Below, one piece after another: positions 8,054 to 18,246 of a DNA stretch of 64,000 bases (within the stretch, counting starts at the first letter, position 1; every line of letters begins with the position of its first letter). Made by a program: the position numbers and the translations under genes. The stretch lies in contig DATFNF010000020.1 in assembly GCA_035266525.1 (NCBI GenBank), positions 35,326 through 99,325 on the forward strand, read 5' to 3'. This DNA comes from Trueperaceae bacterium. Its GTDB lineage: Bacteria; Deinococcota; Deinococci; Deinococcales; Trueperaceae. The notes beneath the pieces were generated by a model that was not told the DNA's origin, did no database searches, and saw only the letters and a list, made by a program, of their open reading frames with translations.

Positions 8054-8998
8054 CTAGCTCCGGTCGGTGCGGTCGGTCAGCTCGTGCCGGAGCTGCCGGA
8101 AGGCGTTCAGGTCGAGCGCTTCGGCTCGTACCCGCGGGTCCAGGGAGAGGCGGCCGAGCGCCGTCAGGACGCGGTCGCGGGCGAAGCCCGTCATCACCAG
8201 GTTCTTGACCAGCGTCTTGCGTCGGTGGGCGAAGCCGGCCCGGATGAACGCGAACAGCTCGGGGTCGGGGGCCACACCCTGGCGCACGTCGATGCGGACC
8301 ACCGCCGAGGTGACCTTGGGCGGGGGCAGGAAAGCGCCCGGAGGCACCCGGCGCAGGCTGCGCGCCACCCCGAAGTGCTCCACCAGCACGGTCAGCGCGC
8401 CGTACGCCGACGTGCCCGGCGAGGCGGTGAGGCGGTCGGCCACCTCGCGCTGCACCAGGAACACCATGCGCTTGAAGCGTCCGGACTCCAGCCCCCGCGT
8501 CACCAGGGCGGTCGCCACGCTGTAGGGGAGGTTGGCGACCATCAGCGCTCCCGGCTCGAGCGTGGTGAGGTCGAAGCGGCCGGCGTCGCCCTGGACGAGC
8601 TCGACGTTGTCGAGCCCCGCCAGGGTCTCCGCGAGCACCCCGGCCAGGCGTCGGTCGAGCTCGACGCTGACCACCCGGCCGGCTCGGGAGGCGAGCTCGC
8701 GGGTCAGCACCCCCAACCCCGGGCCCGCCTCGAAGACGGTGTCCCGCGGGTCGATCTCGGCGGCGTCGAGGATGGCCCGCAGGGCTGCGGCGTCGACCAG
8801 GAAGTTCTGGGAGAAGCCCTTGTCGGGCGTGACACCGTGCCGCCTGAGCAGCGCGGTCACCTGCGACGGCGCGGTGAGCGAGCCGATGCCGCCGGAGCGC
8901 GACGCCTGGGCGGCCCCGGGCCGGGGTTCCTCCCCGGCTGGTCCGCCGCCGGCGGGGCCGGAGCGGGAAGCGGCGACCACAGGGTCGCCGGAGCTCAC
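8054..8998 (-). CDS. rsmA: 16S rRNA (adenine1518/1519-N6)-dimethyltransferase
   Basis: Track ORF 8054..9235. Motifs GFSQNFLVD, EAGPGLGVLT and ANLPYSV. GTG 8998 overlaps the carD stop (GTGA). Confidence 0.9.
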   Translation of the reverse strand: MSSGDPVVAASRSGPAGGGPAGEEPRPGAAQASRSGGIGSLTAPSQVTALLRRHGVTPDKGFSQNFLVDAAALRAILDAAEIDPRDTVFEAGPGLGVLTRELASRAGRVVSVELDRRLAGVLAETLAGLDNVELVQGDAGRFDLTTLEPGALMVANLPYSVATALVTRGLESGRFKRMVFLVQREVADRLTASPGTSAYGALTVLVEHFGVARSLRRVPPGAFLPPPKVTSAVVRIDVRQGVAPDPELFAFIRAGFAHRRKTLVKNLVMTGFARDRVLTALGRLSLDPRVRAEALDLNAFRQLRHELTDRTDRS

Positions 8999-9486
8999 GT
9001 GATGCGCTCGGAGATGAACGCTTCGAGCTGCCCGGCGGCCTCGTCCAGCGTGACCTGCTGGACCACCGCCAGCTCGCTGGAGAGCATGCTCTTGGCGTGC
9101 TCGAGGACCTCGCGCTCGGTAGCGGCCAGGCCCTTCTCGAGATCGCGCTTGGCCAGCACCCCGATGAGGCGGGCGAGGTCGTAGGCGCTGCCGCCGGCGA
9201 GGATGTCCTGTTCCGCACGGTAGCGCGGCGGCCACTGCGTCGGAAGCGAGAGGTCGGCCTTGGCCAGCGCGTCGAAGACCTGTGTGATCTCGTCGGCACC
9301 GACGGTGTGGCGGAGCCCCACCTCCTGCCCCTTGCGCAGCGGGACCAGCACTTCCATGTCGCCCCGGACGAAGACGATCTTGAGGTACTGCTGGGTTTCG
9401 CCCAGCACCTCGCGCGTGGCGAGTTCCTGCACGACGCCTGCACCCTGCGACGGGTAGACCACGTTGTCACCGACCTGGAATGTCAC
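8995..9486 (-). CDS. carD: CarD/CdnL-family RNA-polymerase-binding transcription regulator
   Basis: Track ORF 8995..9546. VTFQVGDNVVYPSQGAGVV matches the canonical CarD N-terminus, so GTG 9486 was chosen. A TATGGT -10-like hexamer lies 15 nt upstream. Confidence 0.88.
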   Translation of the reverse strand: MTFQVGDNVVYPSQGAGVVQELATREVLGETQQYLKIVFVRGDMEVLVPLRKGQEVGLRHTVGADEITQVFDALAKADLSLPTQWPPRYRAEQDILAGGSAYDLARLIGVLAKRDLEKGLAATEREVLEHAKSMLSSELAVVQQVTLDEAAGQLEAFISERIT

Positions 9487-9558
9487 AGTAGCTACGAGGT
9501 TACCATAGCGCGCGCACGTCGGCCGAAGCGGCCGCCACCAGAGCACCGCGGCCGTGGG

Positions 9559-12500
9559 TCACGCCCGTGCCCGCTGCCCGCGCCCCGGGATCGTCGGCAC
9601 GTCGACCTTCTTCCCCTCGAGACGCGCCTCGATCTCGTGGATGCGGTCGCGGATGGCCGCGGCGCGCTCGAAGTCGAGGTCCTCCGACGCCTTCCACATC
9701 TCCGTCTCGAGCTGCGCGAGTTCCTGCTTGAGGTCGTCGAAGAGCAGCTCACGTTCCCAGGGGTCGAGCCTCTCGGCCTTCTGCGGCTCCGCCTCCTCGC
9801 CGCGGATGACCTCGTGGATGCGTTTGCGGATGGTCTCGGGGGTGATGCCGTGCTCGCGGTTGAAGGCGAGCTGCTTGTCGCGGCGCCGGTTGGTCTCGTC
9901 GATGGCCGCCCTCATCGCCTCGCTCACCTCGTCGGCGTAGAGGAACACCTCGCCGTTGACGTTGCGGGCCGCGCGCCCGATGGTCTGGATGAGCGAGCGT
10001 TCGCTGCGGAGGAAGCCGGTCTTGTCGGCATCGAGGATCGCCACCAGGCTCACCTCGGGCAGGTCGAGCCCCTCTCGGAGCAGGTTGATGCCGACCAGTA
10101 CGTCGAAGTGTCCGAGGCGCAGGTCGCGGATGATGACCTGACGCTCCACCGCGTCGATGTCCGAGTGCATGTAGCGCACGCGGATCCCCTGCTCGGCGAG
10201 GTACTCCGTCAGGTCCTCCGCCATCTTCTTGGTGAGCGTCGTGACCAGCACGCGCTCCTTGCGCTTGGCGCGCTCACGGACGGCGAACATCAGGTCGTCG
10301 ATCTGGCCGCGGCTCGGCTTGACGCTGAGCATGGGGTCGACCAGCCCGGTGGGGCGGATGACCTGCTCGACGGTCTTGTCGCTCAGGCGTGTTTCCTGGT
10401 CCGCCGGCGTGGCCGACACGAACACCGCCTGACCGACGCGCCCGAAGAACTCCTCCTCCTTGAGCGGGCGGTTGTCCAGGGCGGCGGGCAGCCGGAAGCC
10501 GTAGTCCACCAGCGTCTGCTTGCGGGCGCGGTCCCCGTTGAACATGCCGCGGATCTGCGGCAGCATCACGTGCGACTCGTCCAGGAAGGTGATGAAGTCG
10601 TCGGGGAAGTAGTCGAGCAGGGTGTTGGGCGGCTCGCCCGGCTTGCGGCCCTCGAGGTAGCGCGAGTAGTTCTCGATGCCGCTGCAGTACCCGAGCGTGC
10701 GCAGCATCTCCAGGTCGTACAGGGTGCGCTCGCGCAGGCGCTGCATCTCCACCAGCTTGCCGGCCTTCTCGAACAGCGCCAGCCGCTCCTGCAGGTCCGT
10801 CTCCATCTGCGCGATGGCCGGCTCGAGCTTCTCGTAGGGTGTCACGTAGTGGCGGGCAGGGAAGATCATGGCGGTCTCGAGCTCGCTGGTCTCGTCGCCG
10901 GTGATGGGGTCGACCATGGTGAGACGGTCGACCTCGTCGCCCCACAGCTCGATACGCAGCGGCTGCTCCTCGTAGGCGGCCCACACCTCGATGACGTCGC
11001 CGCGGGCGCGGAAGCGGCCGGGCGCCAGCTCGATATCGTTCCGTTCGTACTGCTGCGTGACCAGCGTCTCCAGGATGGCGTCGCGCCCCACGCTGCCGCC
11101 GACCTCCAGGATGAGGTGCATGCGCTGGTACTCCTCGGGCGACCCCAGGCCGTAGATGGCCGACACCGAGGCCACCACGATCACGTCCTTGCGCGTGAGC
11201 AGGCTGCGGGTGGTGGAGTGGCGCAGCCGCTCCAGCTCCATGTTGATGTTGGCGTCCTTCTCGATGAACAGGTCGCGCGCCGGCACGTAGGCCTCGGGCT
11301 GGTAGTAGTCGTAGTAGCTGATGAAGAACTCCACCGCGGCGGTGGGGAACAGGTCCCGGAACTCGGAGGCGAGCTGGGCGGTCAGGATCTTGTTGGGAGC
11401 CATGATGAGGGCCGGGCGCTGCGCGCGCTCGATGATCTTGGCCATGGAGTAGGTGTTGTGGACGAAGAGGCCGCCCCGACCCGTCATGAAGGTCTCGAAG
11501 CCGTCGACGCTGAGGTCGTAGACGTACGCGCCATCCGGAGGGATCACGTCAACGGACGCGACCTGCGACCAGCGGACGTGCGCCAGGCCCTTGAACGTGG
11601 CGTCATCGATCTCGAGCGCCCTGCACAGGCGACCGAACACCAGCTTCGACGGGCTGCGCCTGTTGTGCTCGACCAGCGACACCATCGATCGCGTGACACC
11701 GGCTCTATGGGCGACCTCCCGCTGGAGCAGACCGCGAGCTTCGCGCGCCGCGCGAAGGCGTTCTCCGACCCCGTAGACCAGGTCGACGTTGGTGTCCACG
11801 TTCTTGCGCCAGGCGAGCATGGCCGCACGCTTGCGTTCACTCAGGAAGCCGATGGCGATCGCGAAGTGAGCGAGGTTCTCAGCCCCTGAGATGGTGATTC
11901 TGTAGTACGTGCCCATCGTGCCGTCCGGTCGGCGCTTGCGCACGCGCCGGTTCCGGGCCCAGATCTCGAAACGCAGGAGCGCCTCGGTGATCTCCGAAGC
12001 AAGCGTGGAGCTGGCGGTCACCGCCGTGACGCTCCCGGCCTCCATGCCGCCGTCGCCCTCGAAGTAGGCTCGGAGCAAGGCGGCAAGATGACGGTTACCG
12101 AGCGAAGCCCAGAACGCCGGGAGCCGCTTGTTCGGGGCATGCGTTCCCAGCATCGCTGCGAACACGTCACGCCACATGCGTGTCCCGATGACGAAGTCGC
12201 CGTCGCGCGTCCTGAAGAAGTGGATGTCGAGATCGTCGAGCCAGCCGGCCACCATGCGCTGAAGTTGAGGTTCGCGCACCGACAGCATGGCGTACCGATC
12301 CGCTGCATGGCCCTCCGCGATGTAGAGGCCCAGCAGGCCCAGCGAAGCCTCGTCCAGGTCCAGAGAGGCGCCACGGGAGTAGCGACGCCCGTGGGTCTCG
12401 ATGTCCTCGATGGCCAGGTGCCCCCGCTCCACCAGCTCTGCCGCGGCGGACACGCCTACGCTGTCGCCCTTCAGCCCCTGGCGCATGGCGTAGAGCTTCC

Positions 12501-13152
12501 CGTACGGGCGGGGGTTGTGCCGGCCGATCCAGTCCGCCAGCTCCTCCGCCTCCATGCGGTCCATGACCTTGCGCACATCCGCAAACGTGCCCGTGCTCGT
12601 CGAAAGGTAGTCGAGGAGGTCGAGCTGCGTGATCGGCCGGTCGGGCTCCGGGACCTTCTCGGGGAGCGGGAGCGCGTCACCCGGCCGAACCTGCGAGCCC
12701 TGTAGGAGTTGGAGCGAACCTTCCCTCAGCACCCACACGCTGTGGTCCCCCGTTACAGAGACCCTTCGCCCGCAGCGCGTCGCCAGCTCGTACATGATCT
12801 CGGGCGCGCGGTGGCGGCTGAGCGCGCGGACCTCACGCCAGCCCACCGTTCCGTCGTCCGGATTCCAAGCCAGGACCTTCCACGGCCCGGGCGGGGCGCC
12901 CTCGACAGTCTCGGCAACCTCTGCCGTGTGGCCCAGAGCGCCGTCCACGAGGTTGCCGATCGGCCCGTGGTAGGTGCCCTCCGCGCCCATATCGACGGTC
13001 ACCGGCTCGGCGCGCCCCACGCTCTTGCCGGAGCCGGTCACGCCCAGCAGCGTCTGGAAGCGCAACCCGTCTCCGAGCCCCTCGACGATGCCGTCGATGG
13101 CCCGCGGCTGGTCGCCGCGGGGCTCGTAGGGGGAGTGCACTTCGAGCGGCAT
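9559..13152 (-). CDS. uvrB: Excinuclease ABC subunit B, interrupted by an intein
   Basis: Track ORF, 1197 aa. UvrB motifs: LLGVTGSGK...[40 protein letters not shown] and the C-terminal UVR domain [14 protein letters not shown]. It is about 520 aa longer than typical UvrB because of the insert at 11455..13023. Confidence 0.95.
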   Translation of the reverse strand: MPLEVHSPYEPRGDQPRAIDGIVEGLGDGLRFQTLLGVTGSGKSVGRAEPVTVDMGAEGTYHGPIGNLVDGALGHTAEVAETVEGAPPGPWKVLAWNPDDGTVGWREVRALSRHRAPEIMYELATRCGRRVSVTGDHSVWVLREGSLQLLQGSQVRPGDALPLPEKVPEPDRPITQLDLLDYLSTSTGTFADVRKVMDRMEAEELADWIGRHNPRPYGKLYAMRQGLKGDSVGVSAAAELVERGHLAIEDIETHGRRYSRGASLDLDEASLGLLGLYIAEGHAADRYAMLSVREPQLQRMVAGWLDDLDIHFFRTRDGDFVIGTRMWRDVFAAMLGTHAPNKRLPAFWASLGNRHLAALLRAYFEGDGGMEAGSVTAVTASSTLASEITEALLRFEIWARNRRVRKRRPDGTMGTYYRITISGAENLAHFAIAIGFLSERKRAAMLAWRKNVDTNVDLVYGVGERLRAAREARGLLQREVAHRAGVTRSMVSLVEHNRRSPSKLVFGRLCRALEIDDATFKGLAHVRWSQVASVDVIPPDGAYVYDLSVDGFETFMTGRGGLFVHNTYSMAKIIERAQRPALIMAPNKILTAQLASEFRDLFPTAAVEFFISYYDYYQPEAYVPARDLFIEKDANINMELERLRHSTTRSLLTRKDVIVVASVSAIYGLGSPEEYQRMHLILEVGGSVGRDAILETLVTQQYERNDIELAPGRFRARGDVIEVWAAYEEQPLRIELWGDEVDRLTMVDPITGDETSELETAMIFPARHYVTPYEKLEPAIAQMETDLQERLALFEKAGKLVEMQRLRERTLYDLEMLRTLGYCSGIENYSRYLEGRKPGEPPNTLLDYFPDDFITFLDESHVMLPQIRGMFNGDRARKQTLVDYGFRLPAALDNRPLKEEEFFGRVGQAVFVSATPADQETRLSDKTVEQVIRPTGLVDPMLSVKPSRGQIDDLMFAVRERAKRKERVLVTTLTKKMAEDLTEYLAEQGIRVRYMHSDIDAVERQVIIRDLRLGHFDVLVGINLLREGLDLPEVSLVAILDADKTGFLRSERSLIQTIGRAARNVNGEVFLYADEVSEAMRAAIDETNRRRDKQLAFNREHGITPETIRKRIHEVIRGEEAEPQKAERLDPWERELLFDDLKQELAQLETEMWKASEDLDFERAAAIRDRIHEIEARLEGKKVDVPTIPGRGQRARA
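11455..13023 (-). mobile_element. Intein (523 aa) with LAGLIDADG homing-endonuclease domain and XRE-like HTH, inserted in the UvrB Walker A motif
   Basis: Ser1 (AGC, 13023..13021) follows GSGK. Block B is [20 protein letters not shown] motifs are [11 protein letters not shown] and [14 protein letters not shown] is [23 protein letters not shown]-terminal blocks are [23 protein letters not shown], followed by Thr (ACC, 11454..11452). Excision restores GSGKT. Confidence 0.85.
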
Positions 13153-13160
13153 GTCCTAAT

Positions 13161-13166
13161 AGTTTA
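13161..13166 (-). promoter_or_regulatory. Candidate -10 box TAAACT just upstream of uvrB
   Basis: The minus strand reads CCTTAAACTATTAGGAC followed by ATG. The hexamer ends 8 nt before the start codon and there is no strong SD. Confidence 0.3.
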
Positions 13167-13240
13167 AGGTATCGCCCCGCGGCCGGTGTGGCCCGGTGAA
13201 ACGTGCGCCGGCAGATACCGACCCGGCTCGATCGCGCCCG

Positions 13241-13269
13241 CCGGAGCGGAGCCGTGCCGGTCGCTCCGG
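13241..13269 (-). terminator. Stem-loop downstream of the ABC exporter gene
   Basis: CCGGAGCG (13241-13248) pairs with CGCTCCGG (13262-13269), with a 13-nt loop. It lies 14 nt beyond the exporter stop codon. Confidence 0.35.
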
Positions 13270-13282
13270 CGCCGGCCGGCGC

Positions 13283-15112
13283 TCAGGCCGGACTCGTCGC
13301 CGCCTCGAGGCTCCGGAACTGCCGCTCGAACAGCTCGCGGTACAGGCCTCCCTCGGCGAGCAGGTCCCGATGGGAGCCCCGTTGAACGATCCGGCCGCCG
13401 TCGAGCACGAGCACGGCGTCCGCCCCGATCACGGTGCTCAAGCGGTGCGCGATGACGAAGGTGGTGCGCCCCCGCATCAGGTGCTGCAGGGCGTCCTGCA
13501 CCAGCGCCTCCGACTCGCTGTCGAGCGAGCTGGTGGCCTCGTCGAGGATGAGGATGCGCGGGTCCTTCAGCAGCGCGCGGGCGATGGCCACGCGCTGCCG
13601 CTGGCCGCCGGAGAGCTTCACGCCGCGCTCGCCCACGAGCGTGGCGTAACCGTCGGGGAAGGCGCGGATGAAGCCGTCGGCGTTGGCCGCGCGCGCGGCC
13701 TCGACCACGGCGGCGTCGTCGGCGCCGGGTCTGCCGTAGCGGATGTTCTGGGCGATGCTGCCCGAGAACAGCTGGGTTTCCTGCGGCACGCTGCCGATCA
13801 CGGCGCGCAGCTCGCGGGTGGGCAGCCTGCGCAGGTCGATGCCGTCCAGCAGGATGCGCCCTGCGGTGGGGTCGAAGAAGCGCGGGATCAACGACACCAG
13901 CGTGCTCTTGCCGGCGCCGCTGGGCCCCACCAGCGCCAGCACGCGGCCGGGCTCGGCCGTCAGGTCGACGCCGTCCAGCACCAGCGCATCGCCGCGGTCG
14001 CCGTAGCGGAACGACACGCGCTCGAAGCGGACCTCGCCGCGCACCTTCCCGGCCGAGGGAGCCAGCTGCACCGGCTCCTCGGGCTCGGGCAAGTCGCTCA
14101 CGGCGTCGAGCAGCTCGAAGATGCGGCGCGAGGCGCCGAGCGCCTCCTGCAGCTGCGAGTACAGCCCGGTGAAGGAGCCGATGGAGCCGGCGACGAACAC
14201 CGTGATGAGCAGGAAGGCGATGAGGTCGCCGCCCTGCAGCGCGCCCGAGAGCACCAGCCGGCCGCCGTACCACAGCACGACGCCGATGCCGGTGGACATG
14301 GCGAGGATGACCGTGGGTACGAACAGCGCCCGTACGCGGACGCGTAGCAGGGCGAGGCGGTAGGACGCGTCGATGCCTTGCGCGTAGCGGCGGCGCTCGA
14401 CGTCCTCGGCGGTGAAGGACTTGACGACGCGGACCCCCGAGATCGCCTCCTCGGCGCTGGCGTTGGCGTCGCCGACGGCGTCCTGGAAGCGCGTGCTGAT
14501 GCGCCTGAGCTGGCGCCCGAAGTACGCCGCCGCCAGCACCACGGCCGGCACGATGGCCAGCATCACCAGCGTCAGATGCAGGTTCAGGACCAGCAGCACG
14601 ATGATCCCGCCGACCAGGGTGATGAGCTGGTTGACGAACTGTGCCAGCGCCTGCGACACGGCGTTCTGGACGGTACCGATGTCGGAGGTCAGGCGGGAGG
14701 TGATCTCACCGGTCTTGCGGGTCTCGAAGAAGCGCACCGACAGCCCGAGGACATGGTCGAACAGCGCCTTGCGGAGGTCGGCCACGAGCGCCTCGCCCAC
14801 CAGGCCGAGGTTGTAGGTGCGCAGGAAGTTGAAGACCGCCTGGGCCGCGAACAGCCCGAACAGCATGAGGGCGATGCGGCTGAGGCCCGCGCTCGCCGCG
14901 TGCTGGCCGAACGCGGTGTTGAAGAGGTCGCGGATGAGCAGCGGGAAGGCCAGGCCGAAGGCGCTGGAGACGCCCACCGCCACGATGCCGACGACCAGGC
15001 GCACGCGGTAGGGCCGGGTGAAGCCGAGGAGCCGGCGCAGCTGGGCGATGTCGACGGCGCCGCTCTCGCCAGCCGTCGCAGCCCGCCGTCCGAGACGCAG
15101 TGCGCGTCGCAC
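13283..15112 (-). CDS. ABC exporter, fused permease and ATP-binding protein (MsbA/MdlB-like)
   Basis: Track ORF 13283..15616. Six-TM N-terminal domain, Walker A GPSGAGKST, signature [15 protein letters not shown], Walker B ILILDEATS. GTG 15112 gives 609 aa. It is preceded by TACACT 5 nt upstream. Confidence 0.85.
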   Translation of the reverse strand: MRRALRLGRRAATAGESGAVDIAQLRRLLGFTRPYRVRLVVGIVAVGVSSAFGLAFPLLIRDLFNTAFGQHAASAGLSRIALMLFGLFAAQAVFNFLRTYNLGLVGEALVADLRKALFDHVLGLSVRFFETRKTGEITSRLTSDIGTVQNAVSQALAQFVNQLITLVGGIIVLLVLNLHLTLVMLAIVPAVVLAAAYFGRQLRRISTRFQDAVGDANASAEEAISGVRVVKSFTAEDVERRRYAQGIDASYRLALLRVRVRALFVPTVILAMSTGIGVVLWYGGRLVLSGALQGGDLIAFLLITVFVAGSIGSFTGLYSQLQEALGASRRIFELLDAVSDLPEPEEPVQLAPSAGKVRGEVRFERVSFRYGDRGDALVLDGVDLTAEPGRVLALVGPSGAGKSTLVSLIPRFFDPTAGRILLDGIDLRRLPTRELRAVIGSVPQETQLFSGSIAQNIRYGRPGADDAAVVEAARAANADGFIRAFPDGYATLVGERGVKLSGGQRQRVAIARALLKDPRILILDEATSSLDSESEALVQDALQHLMRGRTTFVIAHRLSTVIGADAVLVLDGGRIVQRGSHRDLLAEGGLYRELFERQFRSLEAATSPA

Positions 15113-15117
15113 ACCGC

Positions 15118-15123
15118 AGTGTA
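15118..15123 (-). promoter_or_regulatory. Candidate -10 box TACACT for the ABC exporter (leaderless geometry)
   Basis: The minus strand reads GGGTACACTGCGGT followed by GTG 15112. Confidence 0.3.
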
Positions 15124-15303
15124 CCCGAGCCGGCGCGGAGTCCCGGAAGCGCCGCAGGCAGCGGTCGAACGCCGTGGCGGCGGCGGTAGACTGACGCCAT
15201 CGGAGCCTGGCGCTCGGGCTGCGCCGACCGGTCCGGCTCCTCGGCGACGTCCCGTGCTTCCCGCTGGCGGCGCGGCGTGCGCCACAGCCGTGAGGTGACG
15301 ACC

Positions 15304-17289
15304 ATGGAGCAACCCCTGTGGAGGCCGTCCGAGGCGCGCGTCGCCGAGGCCGCCATGACCGAGTTCCGAGCGCTGGCCCAGGAGCGCGCCGGCCGCGAGC
15401 TCCCCGATTACGACGCCTTGCACGCCTGGAGCGTGTCGGACCTGGACGGGTTCTGGCGGCTCTATGCCGACGCCTCCGGCATCCGCTTCGACACGCCCGC
15501 CAGGCGCGTCCGGTCCGACGATCCGATGCCCGGCACACGCTGGTTCGAGGGGGCGACGCTGTCCTACGCCCGCGAGCTGCTGTATCCCTCGCGCGTCGAC
15601 AGCGGCCGTCCGCCACAGGTGATCGGCGTGACCGAAGCGGGTGCCCAGGTCAGGCTCGATCTGCCGGCCCTGCGCCGACTGGTCCGGCGCGTCCAGGACG
15701 GCCTACTGTCCGCGGGCGTGGGCCGCGGCGACGCCGTCGCGGCGTACGCCGCCAACGTGCCCGAGACGTTGGCGGTGCTGCTGGCCTGCGCCGGCGTGGG
15801 GGCCGTGTTCTCCTCGTGCTCTCCGGACTTCGGCGCCGAGGCGGCGGCGGCCCGCTTCGTGCAGCTCCGACCCAAGCTGCTGTTCGCGTCTCCCCGGTAC
15901 CGGTACGGCGGCCGCGTGTTCGACACCGGCGACGCCGTGCGCGCGCTGTCGGCGGCGTTGCCGGGGCTGGCGCAGCCCGGCGTCGTGGCGCTGCCGTACC
16001 CCGGCGAGGGCGTGCCGCCGGGCGCACCCGGGACGCCTTGGGACGCCTGGCTGGGCCCCGATGACGGACCGGCCGATCCCCGCTGCGAGCCGCTGCCCTT
16101 CGACCAGCCGCTGTACGTGCTGTACTCCTCGGGGACGACCGGCCGTCCCAAGGCGATCGTCCACCGCGCCGGCGGCGCGCTGATCGCGCACCACAAGGAG
16201 CACCGGCTGCACAGCGATATCCGGGCGGGGGACGTGGTGCTCTACTACACGACCTGCGGCTGGATGATGTGGAACTGGTTGGTGTCGGCACTGGCGCAGG
16301 GCGCGAGCGTGGTGCTCTACGACGGCTCGCCGGCGTATCCCGACATGGGTGCGCTGTGGCGGCTGGCGGGCGCGCTGGGGGTGACGCTGTTCGGGACCAG
16401 CGCCCGGTTCATCCACACCCTGCAGGCCCACGGCTTCGAGCCCGCCGCGGGCGTCGACCTGACCCGCCTCAGGACGGTCGCCTCGACCGGCTCGCCCCTG
16501 TCGCCGTCGGGGTTCCGCTACGTGTACGAGGCCATCCATCAGGACGTCCACCTCGCGAGCATCTCCGGGGGTACCGACATCGTGAGCTGCTTCATGCTGG
16601 GGGTCCCGACCCTGCCGGTGTACGCCGGCCAGATCCAGCGGCCCGGCCTGGGCGTGGACCTGGCCGTCTTCGACGAGGCCGGCGCCGAGATCGAGGGCTC
16701 GCCCGGCGAGCTGGTGTGCCGGCAACCGCTGCCGTCGATGCCGCTGGCGTTCCTCGACGATCCCGAGGGGCGGCGCTACCACGAGGCATACTTCTCGGTC
16801 TATCCAGGCGTGTGGCGCCACGGAGACCGCGTCGCCCGCACGCCCGAGGGCGGCATCGTCATCTACGGACGGAGCGACGCCACCCTCAACCCCGGCGGCG
16901 TGCGCATCGGCACCGCCGAGGTCTACCGTCCCCTGGAGCGCGTGCCGGAGGTGGTGGAGGCGGCTGCGGTGGGGCGCAGGGCGGGGGGCGGCGAGGCCGG
17001 CGACGAGGAGATCTGGCTGGTGGTGGTGCTCGCCGAGGGGCGCACCCTCGACGCGGCGCTGATCGCACGCATCAAGGATGCCATCCGTCAGGGAGCGTCC
17101 CCGCGCCACGTGCCGAAGCGCGTCTTGCAGGTGGCCCAGCTTCCACGCACGCGAAGCGGCAAGTCGATGGAGATGGCCGTCGCGCGGCTGGTGAACGGCC
17201 TGGACGTGCCCAACGCGGCGGTGGTCGCCAACCCGGAAGCGCTCGACGCGGTGCGGGCGGCGGTGCAGGCGGAGCGGTCCGACAGCTGA
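15304..17289 (+). CDS. Acetoacetate-CoA ligase (acetoacetyl-CoA synthetase)
   Basis: Track ORF 15277..17289. N-terminus PLWRPSEARVAEAAMTEFR...DYDALHAWSVSDLDGFW is typical of AACS. AMP-binding motif YSSGTTGRPKAI. ATG 15304 is preceded by GAGGTGA. Confidence 0.85.
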   Translation: MEQPLWRPSEARVAEAAMTEFRALAQERAGRELPDYDALHAWSVSDLDGFWRLYADASGIRFDTPARRVRSDDPMPGTRWFEGATLSYARELLYPSRVDSGRPPQVIGVTEAGAQVRLDLPALRRLVRRVQDGLLSAGVGRGDAVAAYAANVPETLAVLLACAGVGAVFSSCSPDFGAEAAAARFVQLRPKLLFASPRYRYGGRVFDTGDAVRALSAALPGLAQPGVVALPYPGEGVPPGAPGTPWDAWLGPDDGPADPRCEPLPFDQPLYVLYSSGTTGRPKAIVHRAGGALIAHHKEHRLHSDIRAGDVVLYYTTCGWMMWNWLVSALAQGASVVLYDGSPAYPDMGALWRLAGALGVTLFGTSARFIHTLQAHGFEPAAGVDLTRLRTVASTGSPLSPSGFRYVYEAIHQDVHLASISGGTDIVSCFMLGVPTLPVYAGQIQRPGLGVDLAVFDEAGAEIEGSPGELVCRQPLPSMPLAFLDDPEGRRYHEAYFSVYPGVWRHGDRVARTPEGGIVIYGRSDATLNPGGVRIGTAEVYRPLERVPEVVEAAAVGRRAGGGEAGDEEIWLVVVLAEGRTLDAALIARIKDAIRQGASPRHVPKRVLQVAQLPRTRSGKSMEMAVARLVNGLDVPNAAVVANPEALDAVRAAVQAERSDS

Positions 17290-17318
17290 CGTCGCGCCGG
17301 CGCCGGCAGGACAGCGAC

Positions 17319-17347
17319 GCGGGGCGCGCCGTGAGGGCGCGCCCCGC
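17319..17347. terminator. Bidirectional intrinsic-terminator-like hairpin
   Basis: Perfect 12-bp stem: GCGGGGCGCGCC (17319-17330) with GGCGCGCCCCGC (17336-17347), 5-nt loop. It lies between the convergent ligase and permease genes. There is no U-tract. Confidence 0.5.
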
Positions 17348-17394
17348 GATGGCTCAGCCGAGCGTGCGGGCGTGTGCCGCGCCCGGGCCCCGCG

Positions 17395-18246
17395 TCAGCC
17401 CTTCACGGCGCCTGCGGTCAGCCCGGCCACGATGCGCTGCTGGAAGATGAGCACCAGGATGATCAGCGGCACCGTGACGATCACCGAGGCCGCCATGATC
17501 TGTGCCCACGGCAGCACGTATTGGCTGGCGCCGCTGAACAGCGCGATGGCGACGGGAACGGTGCGAGCGTGATTGTCGACGGTGAAGGTCAGGGCGAAGA
17601 GGAACTCGTTCCACGCCTGGATGAACGCCAGCAGCCCGGCCGTGACCAGGCCCGGCGCCATCACCGGCAGCAGCACCCGCAGGAGCGACTGCACCGGCGT
17701 GGCGCCGTCGACGAACGCGGCCTCCTCGAGCTCGCGCGGGATCTCCCGCACGAAGCTGGTGAGCACCCACACCGTGAACGGCAGGGTGAAGACCATGTAC
17801 GACAGGATCAGGCCCCACCACGTGTTGTAGAAGTGCAAGGTCCTGATGAGGACGAACATGCCGCCCAGGATGGCGATCTGCGGGAACATCGAGACGCCGA
17901 GGATGCCGTAGAAGATGGTGCGCTTGCCGCCGAAGCGGATGCGCCCCAGCGCGTACGCGGCGGTGCCGCCGATGAGCAGGGCCAGCAGCGTGGTGAGGCC
18001 CGCGACGACCAGGGAGTTCAGCAGGTTGTGCGCGAACGGCTGAGCCGTGAAGACCTCCACGTAGTTGTGCCACTGAGGTATCGGCGGCCAGTACACCAGA
18101 GGCGTCGCGAACAGCTCGTTCGGGGTCTTGAGCGACGAGGAGATGGCCCAGAAGAAGGGGAAGACCAGATAGATGAACACCAGCACCACCAGGATCGCGA
18201 AGGCGACCTGGCTGAGGTAGTAGCCGACACCGCGCCGCCGCCGCAT
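17395..18246 (-). CDS. Carbohydrate ABC transporter permease (MalG/UgpE-like)
   Basis: Track ORF. Polytopic membrane protein of the binding-protein-dependent transporter family. The start overlaps the upstream permease stop by 1 nt (TGATG). Confidence 0.9.
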   Translation of the reverse strand: MRRRRGVGYYLSQVAFAILVVLVFIYLVFPFFWAISSSLKTPNELFATPLVYWPPIPQWHNYVEVFTAQPFAHNLLNSLVVAGLTTLLALLIGGTAAYALGRIRFGGKRTIFYGILGVSMFPQIAILGGMFVLIRTLHFYNTWWGLILSYMVFTLPFTVWVLTSFVREIPRELEEAAFVDGATPVQSLLRVLLPVMAPGLVTAGLLAFIQAWNEFLFALTFTVDNHARTVPVAIALFSGASQYVLPWAQIMAASVIVTVPLIILVLIFQQRIVAGLTAGAVKG

